A DNA stretch of 64,000 bases from Eukaryota sp. GEM-RC1 (taxonomy: Eukaryota). The notes beneath the pieces are model-generated. The model worked only from the letters and a program-made list of their open reading frames with translations, was not told the origin of the DNA and ran no database searches. Made by a program: the position numbers and the translations under genes. The first letter of the stretch is position 1. Every line of letters starts with the position of its first letter. Where the stretch lies: NCBI GenBank assembly GCA_040285855.1, contig JAUFOQ010000005.1:1860001-1924000 (forward strand). Reading direction: 5' to 3'. Of the stretch, positions 52,956 through 64,000 are shown in pieces.

Positions 52956-53751
52956 CAGTATCCTCTCTATATCTTCTCTCTGTATATCTTCTCACTCTCT
53001 ATAAATTCTCGCTTTTTTCAATTCCCTAAGTCATTTGGTTATCTAACTTCTCGGTTTATATCTTCTCGCTTTTTATGAGCCAAACTATCAAACATCGTAA
53101 ACCAAAACCCGTAGAAATTGGTGTCAAACAATCAGCGCTACTCATTTAGTATGCTGATAAAAATGCACACTTAAAGAATACCGATCTAGCCCTGTGGCCA
53201 AAGAAACCTTCAATTTTCCTGCACCTCCTCACCGAACAACTATAGTAAAAATACTCAAACGACGTGCTCAAATTCTTGAACAAGCAATTACACTAGAAAA
53301 GAAGTTAAGACAATCAAAAGGACACGAACATTAAAATATTCTGAACTAGATGCAGCTCTTGTTTTGTTTGTGGAAATGAACTTGTCACTGATGATAATCA
53401 CTGAAGACGTAATTCTGGCAACCACAAGCTGAAGTCTCTAGAACAGAAGTATAAAATGCTCTTACAGCTTTGCAATCCTATGTTTCTGTCAACTTTCACT
53501 GAAAACACTCCTCGTAATACACTTTGGATGAAGTTTAACGTGAGTTTCAGGAATTAAGAGTTGAAGAATTGAGCCAAAGAACTTTGATGCACTTTTTCCA
53601 CTCTTCAAACAATGCACATGTGATTGTTATTGAGTAGACTTAATAAACATATGTATTATTTGGGTTTTAAACATAATTGTATATCTTCTCGCTCTCTATA
53701 TCTTCTCGGTTTTTGTGTTCCCAAAGGCGAGAAGATATAGAGAGGATACTG
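52956..53751 (+). mobile_element. Non-autonomous pogo/Tigger-like element
   Basis: TIRs CAGTATCCTCTCTATATCTTCTC / GAGAAGATATAGAGAGGATACTG flanked by TA; internal TATATCTTCTCG repeats; decayed CENP-B-like HTH coding (PHRTTIVKILK, KYSELDAAL). Confidence 0.85.
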
Positions 53752-53906
53752 TAGTAGTAGACTGCACAAACAATTAATTAACATCACAAATCTCTTTGTG
53801 TCTTGGAAATCCATTGCTCCCAACATAACAATAAACATACTTATGTATATTAGACAATAGAAGAAATAAAAACCCTTTACACATAAACAATACTCTGTCA
53901 AACAAC

Positions 53907-54760
53907 TTAGTTCAAAAGATAGTCAACAACTAGCTCAAACTCTCTATTTACAAATTGCTTAGAGAGTGATACGGCAGCAACGTGACGGTGATCTCTGGGA
54001 GCATCAATTTCGGATCCAGCGGTGAACATCTTGTCATACAACCCATAGAAAGAGATTTGTTCGTCACCGTGACTATAAATAGCAACATAGTGGAAGGCGC
54101 TCTTATCGACTTTTGCCTGTTTAGAGAACTTGGTATTGGCCTTGATGGAATCAGGGAAGAAGGACTCACAATGAGAAACACCATCGCATTCAACTCCTTC
54201 GAGCTTGAGGGTCTTGTTAGCAAGATTGTGGATAGAGAGATCTATGGAAACCTTCATGTCGGCGTTCCAAGGACCATCGCGTGGAAGATCAACATGCTTT
54301 GGGGTCAAGAAACTAGGTCTATCACCGAAAACGGTATCAACAAGCCCGTAACTGAAGTGAGAGTTGAATGAACGATATACCCAAATGAAGGAAGAGTTAG
54401 AAGACAAGATACATGGACTCCGGAAAAACCTTGAGCGGAAAATGAAATGGATCCATTAGTATCTTTGTGCATGTCGGTAACAAGAGCTACATCACAACCT
54501 TGAGGACATAGGGGGAAATCAGTGACCTTGTAATGAAGAACCATTTGGAAGTCGTTTCTTGCTTCAACACCAAATCTATAAGGTGTTTCGGGGCGCATAA
54601 TATTGTCTGGACGAGGATTAAACACAGCAAAGGGGCTGAGACGTTGAGACGTAAGAACCATTCGGCCTATACGAGAAGTGAACTCACCTGCGTACTGAGT
54701 ATAGAAATGATCACCTAATACTGCTGAAAGCGTGACGAGGAATAACAAGAAAAGTCGCAT
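53907..54760 (-). CDS. Putative secreted protein of unknown function (two overlapping ORFs, probably one frameshifted gene)
   Basis: Signal peptide MRLFLLFLVTLSAVLG; ORFs 54305-54760 and 53907-54407 overlap near an A/T run; partial copy at 60369-60697. Confidence 0.65.
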
Positions 54761-54921
54761 TGTAGCAAATTAATAGCCAAGAAGATGTCATTGATTCTTC
54801 TTAGAATGTATATCGTTATCTATATTAGTGTCTTGCTACTGTGGTTTTCACATCAATTGCATAATTTAGGTCTTCCCTACAAATCATACCACCATTGATA
54901 ATACTTCACAGATCTCTACAT

Positions 54922-55203
54922 TTACATGCAGACTTTCTTGCTCACACTTCTAAGAGGAGCTATACGAACTTTAGCACTACAGTCTTCTGTTGATCCTGTT
55001 CCGTTCTCTTTTGTCTTCTGTTGATCAACAGTTTTTCTGTTCATCGGACAGTTCCTTTTGTCATGACCTGTCTCATGACACATTGAACACTCTCTCAAAA
55101 TCTTTGAAATCATCTTCTTTTCTTTCTTCTTCTTAGAACATGATCTAGAATTGTGACCGACTTCGCCGCAGTTTGTGCATTTTCTTTTCTTCTTAATCGC
55201 CAT
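54922..55203 (-). CDS. Two CCHC zinc knuckles, probably the C-terminal extension of the Fanzor
   Basis: CTNCGEVGHNSRSC and CSMCHETGHDKRNC; overlaps the Fanzor 3' end; adding one A in the A6 run (plus-strand T run 55231-55236) joins the frames. Confidence 0.7.
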   Translation of the reverse strand: MAIKKKRKCTNCGEVGHNSRSCSKKKKEKKMISKILRECSMCHETGHDKRNCPMNRKTVDQQKTKENGTGSTEDCSAKVRIAPLRSVSKKVCM

Positions 55204-57774
55204 TCCGTTCTCGAATTCATTTGTTTGAGATTTTTTCTCTCAAGAACGGAAGGTCTACTTCTACCTTGGATTGCTGCTTCAATAATACTGTGAATGTTGA
55301 TACCAGAGTTAAAGTCTCTGTTCCAGTATGTTTCACACGTGGCGCATCGCGTTAAACCCCATGGTGAAACCTTTGCTTCCTGGAGTTTGCTTTTTAATCC
55401 ATCTTTTTCTTTTTCCCATTCATATTTAAAGTTTCTCTGATCTTTACCCAACAGTAATTTTTGTTTGTACTCAACAACCTCTTTCTGAAGTTTCTTCTTT
55501 TTACGATTTAACTTAATTTTCCAATTAGGGTCTCGGACTTTATCATCTTTTAGGTTCGAGCAAAAGCCTTCTGTTCCAAGCAATGTGCAACTCGAACAGC
55601 ATTTGCTAGTTCGATACTCATCGACTAGAAAAACTTGGTATCCGAATTTTCGGAAAAGTTTCCTCATAGATTTGCCTTTTACAAATGATCGTTTTCCAGT
55701 TCGTTTGGCTTTTCTAGAATCAATCCAATCACCAAAACCAATAATTACTTCTCCTGGTGACCCGAACTTTTGAGCAAAACGATGAAGCATATTTTGATGA
55801 CTCCTCTGATTGTTCGAGTACCTCTTCAGTCTCTGGCGTCGGAAAAACTTTTTCTTCTTAAAATGTGCCTATCAGAGCCCCATAAGCTTCTGTTTCTGTT
55901 AGATACAAACTGTACTTATCTACAAAGTACTTCTATTCTTTTGGTTACCCCAAAGTTTAGGTTACCCCGCAGAAGTGGTTGCGGGGTAACCAAAATGACG
56001 TAACCAAAAGGGTACTTACTTATCTGAGGTAACCGAATTTACCTTGCCAGAGGATACTCTGGAGCTGAAATTATCAGCAATTTCCTTGCCAGTCATGTGA
56101 CGACCATTTACTGTGGTTGTGAATTTCAGAAGCTTTGAGGTTTCATCGTCAGGCTCTCTGACTTGCTCATTTGGTTGCTTGTTCTTTTTCTTTTTCTTGA
56201 TAAATCTGCCTCTCTGGTCAGCAGTTCGTTCACCAGCTGTGTACCGGAATGTTTTCCAGCTGTGGCTTTTTTTCAATTTAACTTTGGTTATTTCTTTTTG
56301 TCTCTGCTTTGAGTCTTTTCTTCTCTTTTTTGAGTCTCTTCTTCTCTTTTTGTATCCCCCCTTTCTTTTTGCAATTAATTTGTGAAAGTTGTTTAGATCG
56401 AGTCTTATTTGACAGGTCAAATCCCTCTTGAATTTTTTTCGCTCTCAGTTTTCGGACTAACACAAAAGATTAAATCGTGTTGGTTAGGATCAATTGCTAC
56501 GATTTTTTTTGCCTGTGAGATTTAATTTAGTAATTTCTTCCGTTGTCAGAGAGTCCACATAGCGTTCTTCTTCAGCCAAGTCATTTGCTGAAAGATTTTT
56601 TCTAGGATTTCCATGAGAGTCCAACAAATCCTTTCTTGTCATGAGCAGGGAAGTATAAACACCATCCGTTGTAATAGAGGTAAAAGCAAAGTCATAAGAT
56701 AGGGAAGTTGGAACTGATTTTGGTTTAAGAACAGTATTCCATAATTCCTTCCTTATTGTATCCATTTCTCCCTTGAGATCTGATAAGAATCTTAATTGAA
56801 ACCAGTTAGAGTCCAGTCTCACGTGACCAGGAATTAGTGATGACGTCACTGGAAAGGGATTGGTGACGGAGACATTATCACAGAATTCCTCAATCAGTCT
56901 GTTCAGATAGATTGCATGTGAAAGGAACTTAAGAGGGTTTACTTTTTGAGCATAGTATAATCCCTTTGGCATTTTCTTGTTTAATTGACATGTCAAGTAA
57001 GTCCTAAAAGCAATAGTTAACCTAGAATTGGTGGGAAAAATAGTTTGATCCTGAAAATCAATTAAATCAATTTGTCCGTTGACAATCAACTCTCGGATGC
57101 TGTTAAGCCGCTGATAAAAAAGTTTTCGTTCATCTTCACACTCAATTTTCATGGCTCTAGATTTTTTCTCCGTTACTAAGTTGAAGACTCGAAAGACATA
57201 GGAGTGAAAGTGTTTTGCCATATTATTCTTGTAACTGGTGGAGATCTCAGTGGCCATGTAATCAAGTAGTCTGGGTAAGTACAAGTTACTTGGGAATTTT
57301 ACCATTTGCTTACCAGCAACTATAGCAGCAGCGTTCAAAAGAGGAAGGAACTTAGTGAGTAGATGATCAATAAGTCGAATTTTAAGCAGAATCAAAGAAT
57401 TGGATTTTTTTGCGACCTTTTCAAGTCTTCTTGGCGTTCAAGGACAATCTGGCTCAAATGGTCAGATGAACCGTTTTTTTTGTTCGTCATCAAAGATAAC
57501 AAAACCTTCAAGGTTTCTGATCCAGAATTTCCGAGTAATTTGGCAAATTACAATGTGTTCCCATAGAATCTTTAAATTTCAAATATTCACAGTCAAATTC
57601 GTGAATCAAAAAATGTTTTAGGAAGTGAGTTCCTCGAACTCTAAAGTGGTGACTTCTTTTCACACACGATTCGATAACTTTGATTTTTGATTTTGTCACA
57701 ACTTTGGTGAGTCTTCTTTTAATCACCTTCATTGGAGATTTTTCTCTGATTTTCTGCTTGTTTCCATCAAACAA
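55110..57774 (-). pseudogene. Fanzor1 (TnpB-derived RNA-guided RuvC endonuclease), frameshifted and MITE-interrupted
   Basis: ITTDGVYTSLL; RuvC-I KIVAIDPNQHDLIFC (about 56460-56505, outside the ORF track frame); FRRQRLKRYSNNQRS; IGFGDW; VDEYRTSKCCSSC; RCATCETYWNRDFNSGINI...RPSVL. Confidence 0.9.
55922..56016. mobile_element. 95-bp foldback MITE inserted in the Fanzor ORF
   Basis: 9-bp duplication TACTTATCT (55913-55921, 56017-56025); nested inverted repeats CTTTTGGTTAC/GTAACCAAAAG and GGTTACCCCGCA/TGCGGGGTAACC; removal restores VTSDK-YSLYLTETE. Confidence 0.85.
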
Positions 57775-57775
57775 G

Positions 57776-58820
57776 TCACAAGCAATGAATTAACAGATGC
57801 AGGCGATCAATTGCATTTTGCAGTAAACGGGGTCTTGTTGATGAAGCCTTCCAAAGGTCATTGATTGTGTTTAGTTCACTAGAAGTTTTTAACCTAAACA
57901 ATTGCTTTGCAGATAGTGCAGAAACATTATTTTCCGCTTTGAAATTAGCGATAGCTTCATCAATATAATACAGAGGATTGGTTAGAATTCGTATTAATTC
58001 GGAATTTTTCCAATTTTTTGATCATATTCCAACATAATTTGAGTTACGTCTTCCAATAAGCGACCACCTTTAAATTTGTACAAGGATTTAAAAACTGAGT
58101 TTAAATCCAGGCAGTGAAATGGACCAAAAGAGGATGTTTTGCACCATCTCTTAAACCATGTGGGTACATGTGGAGTATATCCGTTAAATTGAAAATTAAC
58201 ATCAATCATCAAATGGTTGCATCTTGAAATCAAAAATGGAAAAGTGAACTTGTGACAGTTATATCCAATCAAAAGCAGTGGACGCACAGCTTTGAGGAAT
58301 TCAATCAGATTAACCAGCATCAATGTTTCTGAACTAAATCCATTGATAGAACAATCTTGAATATATAGTTCATGGCAACCCCAAGTAAAGAGATAAGTGT
58401 CGCCTTGACACCCAAGAGACGAGCAAAATTCCATTGATACAGATACAATGGAATCGTTACTTCCATCATAGGAAAACTCGTGTGTTAGGTCTTTCACTTG
58501 TGGCCCTTGACAGTCTTCATCATCACTGTCATGTTCCTCAGCGACCTCTGGATTGAGGCGATGGTCTTCAGAGATAATAGCTCTGATTTCCATAAAGCAA
58601 AATAATTTATCCAATGTCTGGATGTTTTGTGCTTTCAATGGAGTTGGAGATAGTTCCATTGAAAGGCGTTTCACACCTCTCGTTGGATGAGGAGAAACAG
58701 GACCTCTAGCGCAGTTCACTGACGGAAAGGGATTCATGAAACCAAGAATAGTCGGTGTCGGTAATGTGATTGATTTGTTCTTACTTTCCCCTCCATTGGA
58801 TTCCGTTTCGTGATTTATAG
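57776..58820 (-). CDS. Family-B DNA polymerase 3'-5' exonuclease-like domain, catalytic acids apparently lost
   Basis: SETLMLVNLIEFLKAVRPLLLIGYNCHKFTFPFLISRC (ExoII GYN...FD.PYL..R pattern with D to T); HCLDL...LEDV; a shifted frame continues to INDLWKASSTRPRLLQNAIDRLHLL (ExoIII position), ending near 57776. Confidence 0.65.
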
Positions 58821-60368
58821 TTCAATTTGATTTTGGAATGCAGTTTGTTTTCCTTGACACTAATACTACAGTAAAACTTCTTCTAGTTCTTACACCCCTT
58901 TTCTTCTTGTTTTCTTCTTGTTATACCTTGTTGTACCTTGACTGTCTTTATAACTTTGTGTACTTTCAAGGACATTCTTGAAGCATCTGTCATAAATAAG
59001 CCACCTGCTGATGACTGAAACTACTATTAATGTCTACCAAACACTTCTTAATCAAGTTGAAGATCTTCTCAATTCACTTGTACATATCTTCTCAAAATTA
59101 ACAACCCTGGACATTCGTCACTCTCGCTGCTTTCCATAAAATACAGACCAAAATTCCGTAATGTTCCTCCTGACTTATCCTTCCGTTTCTTCTTCTTAGT
59201 TCCTGTAGCTTCTCTTCATGTAGCTTATGTTTGAATCTCTTTCTCCCTCCGTGTTCACATCTCTTTCTCTCCTGTAATATATATCGTATAAAACACAGTG
59301 ATAAGGTCTTTTTATTTCGAATCGTCCATAAACACTAAGCTAGAGGCATCTGATGTTCTGGTGGTGGTGCAAATTTTTGAACACCACTCTTCCCGGGTTT
59401 TACGGGAAGAGATCGAATATCTTCGTGTGAAAGAAGAAGATCCCAAGTCAAACCCATTGCGATGTATAAGAAATCTTCAGGAACGGAAGAGAAGGCGAGG
59501 GAGATGAGGGAAGATGTTAGGTCCAAAATTGTAAAGGTCTGAAATGCGGATCAGACCGAGATTACAAACCTCAATACATTTAATTATAGTTTATTAGTCT
59601 ATTTTGATAAACGATGAGCACATGTTGGCGTACTGTACCTTCTTCTTAAGACAAATTAAATGTTGTTGATGTGGTGTCTGTGGATGTTTGCAAAAAAACA
59701 TCCTTAAAGAATGATGACTCTGAAACGTCTCCTGTAGGCATTTTTGAACAAGCCAAACAGGAGAAGCAAAATAAAACCATTGATGGATCTAAAACATGTG
59801 AACTATGTCGAATATGAGTTAAGTCTTTCTGATGTATTAATCTATGCCGTTGATGTTGTGTGTGTCGATCGTTGCAAAAGGACAACTTCAACTTTAAAGA
59901 ATGGATTTTTTGCAACAGTACATTTCGCAAATTTCAGAACAAACAAAGTTTGATAAATGCAAAATATGATAAATTGTTCTACTGTTTTGAAAACCATCAA
60001 CCCAACGTCGCCAATGCATTACTAGTAATTAATTCTATGCATGACGACAAAGCTATGGCAAGATTTGATAGTGATTGGTTATGATCAACTATTAGTTTCA
60101 ATAGCTAATTACATTCATAAGTACTACAGTTGAAGATGCAAAGCGACCTTTGAAAGGATTTAATTCAAAAAGACAAGAAATTAATATTGCAGTTTTAGCT
60201 CTGACCAAGACTTTCTTAGGTGTGGGATACTCCAAAAGACATGTTAAGGTGCCTAAGTGTATTCCTTCTGTATTAATTGTGTTTGTATATCATGACCACT
60301 ATTAAAGAAAAAGTTCTAAGCCAACTGTTGAGTTGTTTAAAACCATTTACAAATTACAGTACTAGTAG

Positions 60369-60697
60369 CATGAACAATGCTCTGTCAATTTGACAGTGTC
60401 AAACAACTTAGTTCAAAAGATAGTCAACAACAAGCTCATAATCTCTATTTACTAATTGCTTAGAGAGTGATACGGCAGCAACGTGGTGATGATCTCTGGG
60501 AGCATCAATTTCGGATCCAGCGGTGAACATGTAGTCATGCAAGTTATCTGACAACCCATAGAAAGAGACTTGTTCATCACCGTGACTATAAATAGCAACA
60601 TAGTGGAAGGAACTCTTGTCGACTATAGCCTGGTTGGAAAACTTGGAATTGGACTTGACGGAATCAGGGAAGATGGACTGACAGTGAGAAACACCAT
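60369..60697 (-). pseudogene. Diverged duplicate of the 3' part of the secreted-protein gene (53882-54185)
   Basis: Direct repeat: TGTCAAACAACTTAGTTCAAAAGATAGTCAACAAC ... GAGAAACACCAT. Confidence 0.9.
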
Positions 60698-61819
60698 GAC
60701 TGTTTGATAAAGCTGAACTAAAGCTAGAAATTCATCGTCGTCCTTTTGTTAAGCCAGACAGTCTTCATAAACATCTGTTTGTCGATGAAAACCGTGAGTT
60801 TTGGGACTTTCCTTTAGTGAATACACTGTTAGCGCAAGAAAAGCTGAGGGCGGTGATGGTGAAGTTGTAGACAATGCTGATGATGAGTAAATTTGTATCG
60901 ATCAGTATTTGTGTCTAAATAAATAGCATCACAACTAAGATGCATATTTATTCAAATATTGCAATATTTATTGCAAAATATGGGGTTTGAATAAATATTT
61001 ATTTTTATCGAATCAAAATATCTTATGTATTTAAATATTTATTAGTCCTCCCTGATTTACTTCTAATTAACTTAATTTTGGCCCTGCCCTAATACTAGCC
61101 CTTCCCTAATACTAGCCAAGGAGGGGTAGGCTAGTAAAGTACGTAACACTAGCCCACCTTGTTTGATAGTTTTTTGCTGTCTGTACCAGAATACTACACG
61201 TAGTGTAGAATGAATTATGGGTATGGGGTTAATTTAGGGCTATAAAGTAATACAGATACTATTGTAGTATTAAGTTCTCTTGTTTCACAGAAATATATAT
61301 GTATATCTTTATTCGGCACCCAATAAGGTATTCTTCCTACAATCACAGAAATGTATTTATAGAACGAAAACACTAAGACAAACCAGTACTAGAACTGAAT
61401 ATGATTGAAGCAACAATCATTGCCATTTAAGCTCACATCAGCTTTTTCTTCACAAAAACACTGACAGCTAATAGTGCTCTTGAAATTATGATAGAAATTG
61501 TTTTTAATATTGTAAAACCAATACGATTCAACCAAAATTTGAAATCAAAATTCTCGTCCATTAATTTTTCACTACTGAGTGCTTTTTGGGTCTAGTATTA
61601 GGTACATTTGAGTATGTCAGGAAATATATGAACTACACGTCTAGTAGAATTATTCTAACCGAAGAAATAAAAATACAAAACTGTTGGGATCAAGAACCCA
61701 ACTTTAGAACCAGACAGGAACCGGGACTAAAGTTGAAACCGAGACTCGGAAAGTCCTATTTGTAGGAAAAATATTTATGAGTAAGTTGAAAACGTCTTAA
61801 AATGTATTATTGCAGTACG

Positions 61820-62340
61820 TTATTAAAGTCCAAGAGTTCAAACTCCACAGCCAATTTATTATGGGGCATATGTTCAGCAGATGTTAGAAATCAAATATCA
61901 TATATAACAGTCACCTTCAAGTGAACAGGAACGGAAATTCACACATTTCAGGAGACAAAGATGACACTAGATTTCTAGCAGATTGAATCTATCAATTATT
62001 ACTGGAATTCAGCAGAGTAATTCTGTTCTCTGGAAACCGTTACAAAAACTCAAACACAAAATTGTTGACACGTCTAGAAGAGCAGATTTCATGACGATTT
62101 TTGCATGGGTAAAACCTACCTCAACAAATTCAGCCGAATATAACCCTATTATACGGAGTTTGACTCCCGTTGATTTCAACCAAATTGGAGTGAAAATTAG
62201 TTCTCATAGGATTAAACTGGTAAGCATATGTTTCAGTAAGGGAATAATCCCACGATTGTAAACAATGAACAGTAAATTTGTTTTAATTTTGATTCAATAG
62301 TAATCAAAGAATCCATCATGTTCAATTCTGAATGAATTTT
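61820..62340 (-). pseudogene. Decayed CRE-like retroelement fragment
   Basis: Matches 24395-24970 (TTATTAAAGTCCAAGAGTTCAAACTC; CACATTTCAGGAGACAA; TTTTTGCATGGGT.AAACCTAC). Confidence 0.75.
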
Positions 62341-62694
62341 CACTGTTCAATTGTAATAAAAATAACCGCTTACTGTTGTACAGTACATAATACATATCAT
62401 TGTAAAAGCTATGAAACACTAGACATCGAAAATTTCTGATCAACAGTACAGTACCACAGCTTTTTTATTGAAAATTTTTATTGACAACAACACTACAGTG
62501 TACATACATCTAACAATCAATATCCTCAAGGTCCAGAATACCTATCTGGAAATTCTCATCTTCTACCAAGTGTCCGCCAAGAGATAATAAAGCAACTTCT
62601 TAAATAGCATTCAAAATGAGTCAGCTCGAGTCAGGCTTGAAGTTCATTTTTAACAACCCTACTTTTCCATCTCTTTTAACAAGAGTCTTGTTTA

Positions 62695-63033
62695 ATGATA
62701 CGTGTTTACCTTTTCGTTTTGCTGATCGTTGTGTTTGCCAACTGTACTATCCATCAGGTCCAAGTTCACAATAGATCTTCTTATACATTAACAAGAACTA
62801 AAAGGTCCACATCTGGTCGTATTGAGTCCCACCCTGCAAGGACTCTTTATCCACTTATGTGGACTACCTATGCCGTAAGTGGTGATAACATTTCTTGGAG
62901 TGGCCTAAGATACACTGGCAACCGCCAGTCTGGATATATTAGATTTGGAGAAGGTGGGTGTACATGTGAGGGATGTGACTGCCGTGTTCAAACAGTGTCT
63001 TCTACCGCTTGGAAGGTCTATCTCTATTGCTAA
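62695..63033 (+). CDS. Small secreted Cys-containing protein
   Basis: Signal peptide MIRVYLFVLLIVVFANC; clean 112-aa ORF, GC-richer than its flanks; CTCEGCDC. Confidence 0.7.
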   Translation: MIRVYLFVLLIVVFANCTIHQVQVHNRSSYTLTRTKRSTSGRIESHPARTLYPLMWTTYAVSGDNISWSGLRYTGNRQSGYIRFGEGGCTCEGCDCRVQTVSSTAWKVYLYC

Positions 63034-64000
63034 TTATGTAGCGTGTGTCGGTTCTTTTTCTCAATTTTCACATCATTACTGATGTCTCAAGCTAAGTTAC
63101 AAGCCCCCAAGTTTGATCATCTACAAATTTTATACATACCGTCTTGGTAGGAATGTAAACTTAAAAAAGAGTCCAAGTGTGCTTGTATTGTTTACTTTCT
63201 ATTTGTCACAATTGACGCTAATAAACAATGGTTTTGGAGATATAACGAACAGTAGTGGTGTAATCTGTCAATCCCACCTTAGGACTGAACTATGATCCCA
63301 AAAACTCTCCTATTGCTGAAGGTGTGCTACTCATAAATTTGGTTTAAAATAGTTAAAAAGCTCTTTGCCAATATAATTGAAACAATAAAAATTGTAAATT
63401 ATTTAGAAAAACATTTTGTAGTTTTTATTATTTATACTGTAATAGATCAAACAAATAATATTTGATATCATTAAAACAACACCCGTCGCTATCAAATCTG
63501 ACAACAGCAGCTTTGTACCCATTAAAGGAACTCACTGCTAAAAAAGCTTTGGAGATGATTAGGGGAACTGTTTTTAAAACAGTAAAAACGATTTGATTCA
63601 ACCATAACGTTGAATAAAACGTTTGTGCATTCTATTTTTAAATCTTTTCCGAAATCGTTAAATCAATTCAATGTACTTCTTCCTTAATGTGAGTAAATTT
63701 AAACAGCAAAAGGGCATAATTCGTATTCAACATTTTTTACACGTTTTAGATCCATCAATGTTTTCTTGTACTTATCTTGTTTAGTTTGTCCAAAGATGAC
63801 TAAATGAGAAGTTTCCGAGTGAGCCTTCTTTAAAGACGTCTTTTCACAAGCATCCACTGCTTCTACATCAACAACAAATAATTTGTCTGAAGAAGAAGGG
63901 ACAACAGCGTCTGCCCCCGTTTACCAAAAAAGTTGGTTATGTTTTTGGACATTACATTTGTAACATGAATCTAAAGATCTTGGAAGTGGCTCAACAAATG

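Noticed and set aside
52956..53751. pogo-like element as the carrier of the Fanzor
   Set aside because: It has both TIRs and TA TSDs of its own and is separated from the Fanzor by a host gene.
55920..56019. Insert in the Fanzor as a functional intron
   Set aside because: GT-AG splicing at the obvious sites does not restore the reading frame; treated as a MITE.
61080..61245. CCCTAATACTAGCC repeats, and similar short repeat clusters near 42390-42480, 50250-50305 and 52540-52920
   Set aside because: Probably decayed transposon ends, but I could not define TIR pairs or TSDs.

Overview
AT-rich eukaryotic (protist-like) genomic DNA in the standard genetic code, dense in transposons. A 30-nt intron whose branch point abuts the 3' splice site suggests a metamonad-type host (inference). 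Contents: (1) a full Ty3/Gypsy chromovirus-type LTR retrotransposon with identical 90-bp LTRs (568-8330), carrying nested hAT and pogo-type DNA transposons; (2) six paralogous genes built from a conserved ~200-aa N-terminal domain plus 28-aa (84-bp) RI-like LRRs that vary mainly at the predicted binding-surface codons and share repeat modules and C-terminal caps; (3) several hAT, pogo and MITE elements with TIRs/TSDs and CRE-like (RT plus restriction-like endonuclease) non-LTR retroelements; (4) a few host genes: 5'-truncated 4-alpha-glucanotransferase, proteasome ATPase RPT1, a REJ/GPS membrane protein, an SLC35F-like transporter and two secreted proteins; (5) a degraded Fanzor1 (eukaryotic TnpB-like RNA-guided nuclease) locus at about 54.9-58.8 kb. 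The Fanzor sits directly after an apparently inactive family-B DNA polymerase exonuclease-like domain and directly before two CCHC zinc knuckles, possibly as one fusion protein, with candidate omegaRNA hairpins at its 3' end. Many frameshifts fall in homopolymers, including one in RPT1, so some are probably assembly errors. All assignments come from manual motif recognition; no searches were run.
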